DNA from: Octopus vulgaris
Taxonomy: Eukaryota
DNA: 62,000 nt
Assembly: GCA_951406725.2 (NCBI GenBank)
Contig: OX597821.1
Span: forward strand, 102,320,001-102,382,000
Reading direction: 5' to 3'
Below, piece by piece: positions 51,706 through 62,000 of this stretch; position 1 is the first letter of the stretch, and every line of letters starts with the position of its first letter. The position numbers and the translations under genes were made by a program. Under the pieces are notes generated by a model, which did no database searches, was not told where the DNA came from, and saw nothing but the letters and a program-made list of their open reading frames with translations.

Positions 51706-54358
51706 TAAGTGCCTAAACCAATTAGCAAAAGCATGGCAAAACTCTCAGATTATACTGATAGCTGTGGTGAGAAAAATTGAGTTCTGGAAATGCTATGCTG
51801 TGGGTTCTCCGCCCATTACAGAGACTCTCTCCTCCAGCCTCTTTCCCCCTTCCTCTGGCTCCTACAGACTACCCAAGCATGTCATATCCTCACCACCACC
51901 CTATGACTGTATCATCTTTACCCCTCTTGTGGCTTGCTACCCTAAAACTTCTGCACCTCTCTATCTTCCCCATTCCATCATTCTTGTTTCAACCTGTCAA
52001 CCCTATCCATTTTGGCAGTCTGCCTCTCCACCACTCATTCTCCTTCCCATACAATTTTGCAAACCAACCGCTCACCTACCCACTTCTACTTAGCTTGTAA
52101 CTTGTGGGGTCTCCTAGGGACCTCATTACCATTATCTATATTTTGCAACTCTTCTTTTTCTCTCTCCCATTTTCCCCTACTAGTTCTCAGTAGTTATAAA
52201 AATCCATCTACAGGAACCTACCCTGTCCCATCACACAGTATTCCCCTCATCCTCTAGCACAAAGATGACTTCACCTCCAGGGTTTGTAGTCCTGCAAAAT
52301 GCATGGCAATCTCAATAGTACAGGTGGTATGGAAAAAACCCTTCAAAGTGGTGCCTCAGCCTGGCCAGTCTAATGAATGAAACAAAGTCAATGTTTCATG
52401 CTTATGCAAAATCCCATTTCAATCCCATTTTAACATCTCACGGAAGAAGGTAATTATGATAGAACTGATGGTTCTGTGAGAAGATGGGCATGAGGAAACT
52501 TCAAAGAGAGAAGCTATTATGTGCCAGAATCTGGTCCAACAACGAAGAGAAAAAGGTTGGATATTCTGGTTATTTCCAGTTGAAGCTGGATGCAGGAGGT
52601 TCCCAGCACAGTCTGTTGGAAAATGTTGACAGTTGTGGGAATGGTAAGAAGGGAAAGGATGATAGCTGCTCACAGGTTGGGGGACGAAGCACAAAGAGGA
52701 CCATGCTGGTGCTGGAGCAAGCAGGAAGAGTTGAGCTGAAAGGCAGGTGAACAGTGACTGCCCAATTATTGCTGACCCACAATAAGAGGGTGTTGTGGCT
52801 TCGAGTTGAAATGTCTAAGGAAAGCTGGACACAACTTGATGACACTCTGGGTCCAAAGCGACAGTTGTGGGTGTATGACTTATTCTGTTGGTATTTCTAG
52901 TGGATGTATCTAACAGTAAATCTGTGTGTGTGACATGATTGATCAGACTATCGGATGTCGTTATACATTGCTGGTCACAATGTACTTTGCATCATATTAG
53001 CTTTTGAATGACGCTACCCTGCTGATATCAATATTACACCTGATCTAAGATGGTGAGCTGGCAGAAACGCTAGTACGGTGGGGGAAATGCTTAGTAGTAG
53101 TTCATCTGTCTTTATATTCTGAGTTCAAATTCCTCTGAGGTCGACTTTGCCTTTCATCCTTTCGGGGTCGATAAATTAAGTACAAGTTACGTACAAGAGT
53201 TGATCTAATCAACTGGCCACCTCCCCCAAAATTTCAGGCCTTGAACCTAAAGTAGCAAAAGAATATTACTCCTGATTGTAAGGCTTATCCATCACTGGGT
53301 TACCTATTTACAGCTGATGGGATTGGAGCAGAGTGAAATGAAGTGTTTTGCTCAAGAATCCAATGTGCAGCTGGTTTGGGAATTAAAATCATGATCTCTC
53401 TTAACCACTAGGCTATGTAGGCATGGCTGTAAGGTAAAAAGTTAGCTCCCCAACCATATGGTTCTGGGCTCAATCCCACTATGGCCAAGTGTCTTCTACC
53501 ATAGTCTCGAGCCAACCAAACCCTTGTGAGTGGATTTGGTATTTGGAAACTGAAAGAAGCTCATTATACATTTGTGTGTGTGTGTGTCCTGCAATACTGC
53601 TTGATAACTGGTATTGGTGTGTTTACATACCCGTACAAAAGAGACTGACAAAGTAAGTATCAGGCTCAGATAAAAAAAACAAAAAAACTATGGGGTTAAT
53701 TTGGTTGATTAAGATTCTGGCCAGTAAAAACATAAAACATAAAAGACTATATATATATATATATATTTATATGACACACATGCAGACACAGAGGAATTGT
53801 TGCTTATTACTTCTCCTCATCGATTATTTCACAGTGAAACTAAATGTAGATGCATATGACACTATTTAATTATTCATCCTCCACACAATATAGATTATCT
53901 TGTAACAATTGTTGGATTTGTTAACCTTTCATCAACTAAAAGGGAAATTTCAATTAATTATGTTTGTATACTGTTGCAGTGTGGTACGAAGCTTGCTTCC
54001 CAACCACACGGTCTCGGGTTCAGTTCCACTGTGTGATACCTTGGGCAAGTGTATTCTACTATAGCCTTAAGCTGACCAAAGAATTGTCAGTGGATTTAGA
54101 CAGAAACTGATAGATGACCATGTGTGTGTGTGTGTGAGTGTGTGTTACTGTCTCCTTGCCTTGATTATATGTGACAACTGTAAATGAATGTCAATGTGAT
54201 GCAAGCAGCATGCTTCATTTCCAATCTATGAAAGTAATGTTTAGGGATATATTACCTAGCTTGAAAACATGTGAGAGTTAGCGATAGGAAAGGTATCTGG
54301 TGGTAGAAAATCCGCCCCATGCAAGTGCAAAAAAAAAAAAGGACGTTAAATCGATGAT

Positions 54359-54839
54359 GGGCGCAGGTAAAGGACATGGACTGCACCCCCTTTCGGTTAT
54401 TTATTTATTTTTTTTCTACAGAAACCCACTTTTTCAACTGTGGAGATTCCGAATCTGAAAAAAAAAAAAAAAAAAGGCATCACGTTTTCTAAATTTTAAT
54501 TTCTCCCACCCTTTTTTTTCCTTTACCAGAGGGAAAACTAACATTTTGAAAACGTGTTTTTGGGGTTTTAAAAATCTTCAGTTTTTAAGTATGCTCCAAC
54601 AGGAAAGTCCGACAAGCTAGAAACAACAGCCAAACTTAAGATCCACTTTCTAAATATGAATTACCAAAAGACCCTCAACCACAACGTTTACTTTCTGTCA
54701 CAGGTGCGCTGACGGAGTGGAGGGGTGTTTATTTATTTATTTTAGAAAACTTTAAATTTTACAAAATTTTCTGTAGCAAAAAAAAAAAAAAATTAAATAA
54801 ATAAAAAACGAAAAGGGGTGCAGTCCTTTACTTCCGTCC
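54359..54839. mobile_element. TIR element inserted in the (GAT)n tail of an RTE fragment
   Basis: IR GTAAAGGAC..TGCACCCC.TTTCG / CGAAAAGGGGTGCAGTCCTTTAC; TSD unclear. Confidence 0.65.
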
Positions 54840-54904
54840 GATGACGATTACTCCATAGCTTATTTGTCAAAATACATGCAATTAGCTCATTTGAATTTCC
54901 GCCC

Positions 54905-55235
54905 CGCCTTTAGTCGAGTAAATCGATCCCAGGACTTATTCTTTGTAAGCCTGGTACTTATTCTATCGGTCTCTTTTGCCGAACCGCTATGTTACGGGGA
55001 CGTAAACACACCAGTATCGGCTGTTAAGCGATGATGGGGGGGGGGCAAACACAGACACACACGCATATATATATATACATATATACGACGGGCTTCTTTC
55101 GGTTTCCGTCTACCAAATCCACTCACAAGATTTTGGTCGGCCCGAGGCTATAGTAGAAAACACTTGCCCAAGGTGCCACGCAGTGGGACTGAACCTGGAA
55201 CCGTGTGGTTCGTAACTTATCACACACCCACTCCA
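54905..55235 (-). mobile_element. SINE family A
   Basis: Match to the family consensus. Confidence 0.85.
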
Positions 55236-56098
55236 ACTCGATAAAATTTTTAAATTTTGCTACTTTATCCCAACATATTAAGAAGGAAGTGTGAAGAGGG
55301 ATCTTGATGAGCTGAAAAGACAAGTGAAGCCAGTCAGTGCAATCAACATCCAAAGATGCCGAAAAGATTCACATGGACGAGTCCGTATATCTGTTTTTGA
55401 CAAGTGTAATTAAGAGGAACCAGTTCACCGTTTACACCGGTAAGACTTAATTCTAGTTACACTTGTCATCTAGTAATCAATGAGTTCGTTTTCATGGCAA
55501 TTGGAACGTTTTCTCTGCAAGGATGGCCACGAAGATAAGAAAACTGCAACCAACTCTTTCTCTTGCACTACTACGGCTTAAAAACGCAATCGAGCTGAAT
55601 TGCTAGAAACAGCAGACAAATTTTCCCTATCATCCACCCTTATTGACTAGCAAGAATACATTCGCGAATGCAATCCTATATTGTGTCTCAAAAAGCTGGT
55701 TGGATGGTCACAACAGGAATTGTTTTGATCAGGGACGACATGGGGTTAAACATCAACAGCAAACAAAAGTGAATTTCAACGGTTAATAAAAAGAAAAAGA
55801 AACCCGATGTTTCCTTTCCTCTGATAATAAGCTTACTATTTTTTTTTTTTAATTAACAAGTGTATGTTAATAAATAAAAATGCCAAATTAAATTTGACTT
55901 ATGTTAAGTAATTCTACAAAGAGGGAAAATGGTAAAATATAAGGTAAATCTGGATGTATGACAAAAAAATAACGTGAAACTAAAATAACATGGACCTACT
56001 ATAACTTTAAAAAAAACAATACACATACACAAGTCAAATAGGTAGCCCTTACGAGGATTCTCGAAGTACTAAAAACCCCAGCAAATATCCCTCTAAAC

Positions 56099-56412
56099 CA
56101 GGGGTTCTCAACCATTTCTTTTTATCTTTGATTAGTATTTTATTCTGGTGGACCCCCATAGACATTTGATGTTTGACTAGTTTCATAGGAACTTCTTTAA
56201 ACATTTTCATTTTGTTTTTCACACATTAACTTGTGTAAATTGAACAATGTAAAATGTTAGAGAAAAAAACCTAGCTATTTCTTGCAATACATATCAATAC
56301 ACACATCTAATGCAAAGTTTTTTTCAGGGGCCCTTAAAATACTATTGTGGAGCCCCAGTTTACAATTTTGGACTCCCAACAATTTTGTATGGATCCCGGT
56401 TGAGAACCACTG
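56099..56412. mobile_element. hAT (Charlie-like) MITE
   Basis: TIR CAGGGGTTCTCAACC/GGTTGAGAACCACTG; TSD CTCTAAAC/CTCTAAGC. Confidence 0.85.
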
Positions 56413-56569
56413 CTCTAAGCACACTCTTAGTTAAGAAAACGTGTAGCCCCAACATACACAAACATACAAATGGGATGGTCAAGGCTGGGACGGCTTTGAT
56501 TAAAATTAGGCCTGCTCGATCAGGGGTGATGGTGGTGGGAGCTAAATAACAATAACAATTTTGTCTTAC

Positions 56570-56579
56570 CTGAATTCAT
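56570..56579 (-). CDS. TGIF: Candidate first coding exon of TGIF (ATG AAT TCA G), preceded by probable 5' UTR up to about 57100
   Basis: Strong donor CAG/GTAAGA at 56569, phase 1. In frame with the 36004 acceptor (MNSG-MFTS...) and with the 18215 acceptor (MNSD-NCS...). Very short, so it could be chance. Confidence 0.4.
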
Positions 56580-57089
56580 TTTCCCAAAACGGAAATATAT
56601 ATAACTTTCGGTAGTGGTTGGTGGGGGCGGGGAACTTACGTTTTTAGCTTTATCTTCTTTCGTTAGAAAATTAAATTTAAGAAGAAAATATCTTCAAATC
56701 CTGCCTTTTAAGTGAGGCTTTAAAAATGCTGTGAACATATACTTTCCCCATAATCACTTCATTTGCAGAAGCAAACAAATAAAACATTATCTCGAACTTA
56801 ATACCCGCAGACAATATATATAAATATGAATATAAAATATATAAACAATTAAACAACGTGAAGGGAAAATATGTAAACAAACAAAACAGCAAGAAAAAAA
56901 AAAAAGAAACCAACAAAAAACAAAACAAACAAACAAACAATAAATAAATAAATAAATAAAAAAAATTAAACAAAACCTCAACTTGCGATGTGACTGGAGC
57001 AGAAAGCGAACATATTCTAGGAAGAGAGAAACGAGTGAAAGGTTGGGGGTGTGGAGGAGGAGGAGGAGGAGGACATGTGTGTGTGTGTG

Positions 57090-57145
57090 TGTGTGTCTTT
57101 TCTCTTGACAGCTTGATTAATTATAAATGACCAGAGAGAGAGAAA
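57090..57145. promoter_or_regulatory. Duplicated 56-bp element, distal copy
   Basis: Identical to 36184-36239; about 510 bp upstream of the candidate ATG at 56579. Confidence 0.6.
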
Positions 57146-58394
57146 GAGAGCGTGTGTGTGTGTGTGTGTGGCTAAAAGAAGCCGTCGGCTAACGATACAA
57201 CAGTCACTTTAATGATGGAAAAAGCGTTGTGTGTATGTATATATACACACACACACACATACATACATACACACTTCTGTGTGTAAGCAGACGGGACGAT
57301 TCTGCTGGTGTGAGCGAGATATTTGTGTGTGTGTACATGCGAAGGAGGTAAGCTAATATACACAGCATGGTGTGTTTACATGTTTCGTGGTATGTGCGTG
57401 CCCATCACTACTTTCATTGGACTTGTTAAAAGTTTTACTTTTTCTCTGTGTATATATATATATATATATATGCGTATATTTGATCGTGTATACTGCGAGA
57501 GGTATTTATGTATGTATGTATGGTCATGTGCATATATATACATTCTAGTTGTATATTTGCGATGTCTCTTCTTTTTTTCTACCCACCTTGCTTTCTCATT
57601 CATCCATTATACGACCATATGTGTGAACCCGTTAATAATGGCGTGTGTACATGTGATACATATCTTTAAGGTGTGCCACTTAACCTCTCACCCCGACTCT
57701 GTCTTTCTGGTATGTGCGTTTATGTTACCGAGCGATGTGTATATATATATATATATATGTGTGCGCGTGTGTGTGTACATATACATCTATGGTATGCATG
57801 CCCTTGAGGAAGCCCATCCTCCCAACCCTCGTCTTTGCCCCCCTCTAAACCATCTTCCATCTCTCGGCGATATATGCGCACGTGTGTATTTTAAAGCTTG
57901 TGCGACCACTTCGCACGGTAATTCATGTCGGTATGTGATCATGACTGTTTTCTCCATCAACCAGTCTGACAAGTTAAACACACTCTCACGCACGTACGTA
58001 CATGCGTATACATACACATACACACAGCTATCCGGCAGTGAAATAGAGAAAGTTTAAGAGGAATATGCAAATATGTTAAATTAGTAAATAATAAAATTAA
58101 ACTGACTAAAAACTACACCACCCTTTCCCTCTAACACATGCACGCACACACACACATACATGAGTAAGTGAACAAGCGAAAGAAAGTAGCACTCAAAACA
58201 TTTGAAAGAGTCACATATACTTTAAATCTGTTTGCCGGCATCTGTTGAGATGGATCTCACCTACGCGTCCACGAAACTTAAGTCATGTGGAGCCGAGCAA
58301 AACCCGTGTCTGCCACGCGGGCGTGTTTTCTGTATATCTGTACATAAAGACGACCAAATAGTCTTCAGGGCACGAAATGTTTGGGAGCAAGGGG

Positions 58395-58925
58395 GGGGGG
58401 GGGGTGCAGTCGATTAGATCGACTCTAGTACACAACTGGTACTTAATTTATCGACCCCGAAACGATGATAGGCAAAGTCGACCTCGGCGGAATTCGAACT
58501 CAGAACGAAAGTGGATCCCGTAAAGTCAGACGAAATACCTATTTCGACAAGGGCTAAACACAGAGAGGACAAACAAGGACAGACAAACGGATTAGGTCGA
58601 TTAAATCGACCCCAGTGCGTAACTGGTACTTATTTAATCGACGAAAGGATAAGTCAATCGAATTTGAACTCAGAACATAGCGGCAAACGAAATACCTATT
58701 TCTTTATTACCCACAAGGGGCTAAACGTACAGGGGACAAACAAGGACAGACATAGGTATTAAGTCGATTACGTCGACCCCAGTGCTTAACTGGTACTTAA
58801 TTTATCGACCCCGAAAGGATGAAAGGCAAAGTCGACCTCGGCGGAATTTGAACTCACAACGTAACGCAGACGAAATACCGCTAAGCATTTCGCCTGGCGT
58901 GCTAACGTTTCTGCCAGCTCGCTGC
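58395..58925 (-). mobile_element. SINE family B tandem array
   Basis: Head at about 58925, three partly deleted units. Confidence 0.85.
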
Positions 58926-59339
58926 CTTAAGACGATCAAATATCAACTGAAGAGAGAAATGTGGTGTATAGGATTTATTTTTGGGCAAAAAATGGTTAAC
59001 AGTCAATAGGTCAGTCTTTGGAGGAACTTTGAAGTCATTTCTATGTAGAAAAGTAATGCCATGACTCGTTACGGGACCTCTGAGATTGGTGGTAAGCTTC
59101 ATCAAACTAGAGACCTGGCCTGGATATTAGTTGAGTGAACTCTACTAAAGGCATCCTGGGTACTCGGTGGTTTTTAACTGTTTGATGGATTAAGTCTTCC
59201 ATGCAAATGAACAATACTTTGATTTGAACTCAGAATGCAAGGATCCAGAACAAATACTGTAATGCATCTGGTCTGACAGTCTTAGTTCTGCCAATACACC
59301 ATCCTAGATTTGCACATTTTTTTGTGATGAGTATGGACA

Positions 59340-59668
59340 AGGGTAGCTAGGTAAAGAAGTGCCGATCTCTAACTGTGGAGGAAACCTGTGGAAGAGGTCA
59401 ACCCAGGAAGACAGTGAAGTATGATCTTTGAATGTTGAATCTCATGGAGTGATGACAAATGACTGAGACATTTGTTAATTTGCTGTGCTTGAGAAGGCAT
59501 ATCAAGAAAAATCATAGTTGTGGACGGTGTTGGTGACACGTAAAAGGCACCCAGCCATAGAAACCAAGCCAAAACAGACTGCAGCTTGGTGCAGTTCTTT
59601 GGCTTACTAGTTCCAGTCAAACCCTCTAAACCATGCCAGCATGGAAAATGGATGCTAAATGATGATGT
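59340..59668 (+). mobile_element. 3' end of a second RTE-type LINE with (GAT)n tail
   Basis: Decayed EETCGRGQPRKT..YDL..LNL. The tail ...GCATGGAAAATGGATG.TAAATGATGATG is shared with 15044-15203 (-), about 15700-15850, 47480-47600 and 54280-54358. Confidence 0.65.
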
Positions 59669-59694
59669 GATTACACACAAACACATGACAAACT

Positions 59695-60255
59695 TACTCT
59701 CTTTTACTTGTTTCAGTCATTTGACTGTGGCCATCCTGGAGCACCGCCTTTAGTTGAGCAAATCGACCCCAGGACTTATTCTTTGTAAGCTTAGTACTTA
59801 GTTTATCGGTCTCTTTTGCCGAACTGCTAAATTACGGAGACGTAAACACACCCACATCAGTTGTCAAGTGATGTTGGGGTAGGGGGGGGGGGGCAGACAC
59901 ACAAACACACACACATATATATGTATATATATATACATATATATGATGGGCTTCTTTCAGTTTCCGTCTGCCAAATCCACTCATAAGGCTTTGGTCGGCC
60001 TGAGGCTAGTAGAAGACACTTGGCCAAGGTGCCACGCAGTGGGACTGAACCCGGAACCATGTGGTTTGCAAGCAAGCTACTTACCACACAGCCACTCTTA
60101 CGCCTAGGACTCGTTTTAGTTTCTATTTACTAAATCCATTCATAAGGCTTTAGTTAGCAGGACTATAGTAAAAGACTGGGGTGCCTTGCAGAGGCACTAA
60201 ATCCCAAACCATGAGGTTGTGAAGCAAACCTCTTAATCACACAGCCATACCTGCA
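59695..60255 (-). mobile_element. SINE family A, full copy plus decayed partial
   Basis: 59695-60098 and 60100-60255. Further decayed copies at about 30100-30730, 41060-41300, 44080-44320, 48810-49190, 53420-54140, 60750-61075 and 61415-61590. Confidence 0.85.
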
Positions 60256-61594
60256 CCTATTCTCACAATATATGGATTAAGTAAAACTTAAAGAAAACTA
60301 GAGGAGTGGGGTGTGTGTGTGTGTGAAGGGAGAGGTGATTAACAAACATTACTACCACAAATATAGCTAAAACGAAAATGAAAAAAATGTCTTCAGTAAT
60401 GTGACAGTGGCAATAATAAAATTGGGTGGGTAGGGATCTCGCAGCCTGCCCTGTCCCTCCCTGTGTACAGCACATAAGTACAGGAATTCACATACGATGA
60501 CCCATGAATGTCACCACACTCACAGAGGTACAGAATGTAGTATAGTCAACAAAAGGAAGACCGTCAAATAACAGCAGAGCACTCAATGACAGAATGTTTT
60601 TGTTTTAAAATTAAGAATATGTCAGTTGTTTATAAAAAATATATTTTGGAATTGCAATGAAGACTATGTCTTATGTTATAAAACTCTGACATTTAAATCA
60701 CAACAAGCTACAAGAAGGACCAACAGACAAGCTTCTGCAAGGCTACACAGCCCAACAGAGATGCTGGGGCAACACCTTGAAGGGTTTTAGTTGAACAAAT
60801 TGCCTCTAGTATTTGTTTTATTTAAATTTTGGTACCTATTCTAGCAGTCTCTCTTGCTGATCTACTAAGACACAGGGAAGTAAACAAACCAATATTGATT
60901 GACAAGAGAGGGGAGAAGTTGGCAAACAGACAGAAAGACAGACACACACACAAACTGCAGGCTTCTGTCTGCAAAATTCACTCACAAGGCATTGGTTGGC
61001 TGAAGGCTATAGGAGAACACACATATCCAAGGTGCTGCACAGTGGGAGTAAACTCAAAGCCATGTGGTTGCAGAGTGAGGCTATTATTTCTAGCAGAACG
61101 AACAACCACATAATAGTGCCCTTGGCTTGTATGTGTCAGACTTGTCACTATGGCTGTCACATAGCAGAGTCCAAGCAACAATAAACACATGTTGTCATTT
61201 ATTGGTTCCCTGGCAGCTGCTGAACAGCATAAATTCATTGATTTATGCTAAATAAATAAATATTAGCTTTTGTAATAACCTCATTCTCATCCAGTGAAGA
61301 AGCACCACTTATTATGCTAGTAAAAAAAAAAAAAAAAAATCCCTTTGATTATCCACAAAGCCCAAATTATTCTATAGCGTAAAGGTAAGGCTAACTGGAT
61401 CATTTATCCCGAATAGGTGCTGGTGTGGCTTTATGGTAAGAAGCTTGCTTCCCAACCACATGGTTTCAGGTTCAGTCTCACTGTGTGGCACCTTGGGTAA
61501 GTGTCTTCTACTATGACCTTGGGCTACCCAAAGCCTTGTGAGTGGATTTGGTAGAAGGTAACTTAAAGAAGCCTGTTGTGAGTGTGTGTGTGTG

Positions 61595-61653
<59 letters not shown>

Positions 61654-62000
61654 TGTTGCTATAATGCAAAAGTGTTGTAAGTCCCAAATGTTACTTTTTC
61701 AGAAAACAAAAAAAGTTTCACTATTCTATAGCAAAACCATTGTATAAAACTTTGATAGTGTTCAATATCTTGGCATCTGAAGCAGTTGAGCAAACGAACC
61801 CGCTATTGCAAGCAAAATTAAATATTGAAAAAAAAAAAAAAGCGCATTTCACCTATTTGGACACAACAGTTTAACATAATAGCAACTATATATATACATA
61901 GTTAAAATTTACAGAAAAACGAAGACAGGTGTATAAACAACAAGCAGGTGTATTAGTTTGACAATCGAGAAGGTGAAAAAGTCTTTTATGTTTCGAGCTT

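Noticed and set aside
51770-52910. Strand-biased tracts possibly derived from old retroelements
   Set aside because: Only vague PLE-like resemblance; no diagnostic motif I can support.
57323-58057. 244-aa ORF, the longest in the track
   Set aside because: Runs through (TA)n/(TG)n microsatellites, giving YIYI/CVCV; no recognisable domain.

Overview
Eukaryotic, AT-rich, repeat-dense DNA. The SINE, LINE and microsatellite content looks like an Octopus genome (inference from recalled repeat motifs, not a database search). The one clear gene is a divergent TGIF-family TALE homeobox gene on the minus strand. Its homeobox/terminal exon (17446-18215) is solid. Three candidate upstream coding exons (35921-36004, 56570-56579, 26669-26711) all join it in phase 1, so the gene probably spans about 40 kb with alternative first exons. 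Most of the remainder is mobile-element debris: an RTE LINE, a Penelope-like element (PLE), several tRNA-derived SINE families, and hAT, piggyBac, Tc1/mariner and Merlin-like MITEs. Best leads: (1) an identical 56-bp element with adjacent TALE (TGACAG) and Pbx/Hox (TGATTAAT) motifs, present twice 20.9 kb apart, each copy just upstream of a candidate 5' exon of the TALE gene; (2) a tRNA-headed SINE carrying a minimal hammerhead ribozyme and a PLE-style inverted 5' duplication; (3) a hAT MITE whose right half is replaced by about 70% GC foreign DNA; (4) three GG-ended MITE families with 8-bp target-site duplications (TSDs). No prokaryotic system or CRISPR array is present. Coordinates of decayed repeats are approximate, and none of the leads is confirmed as novel.
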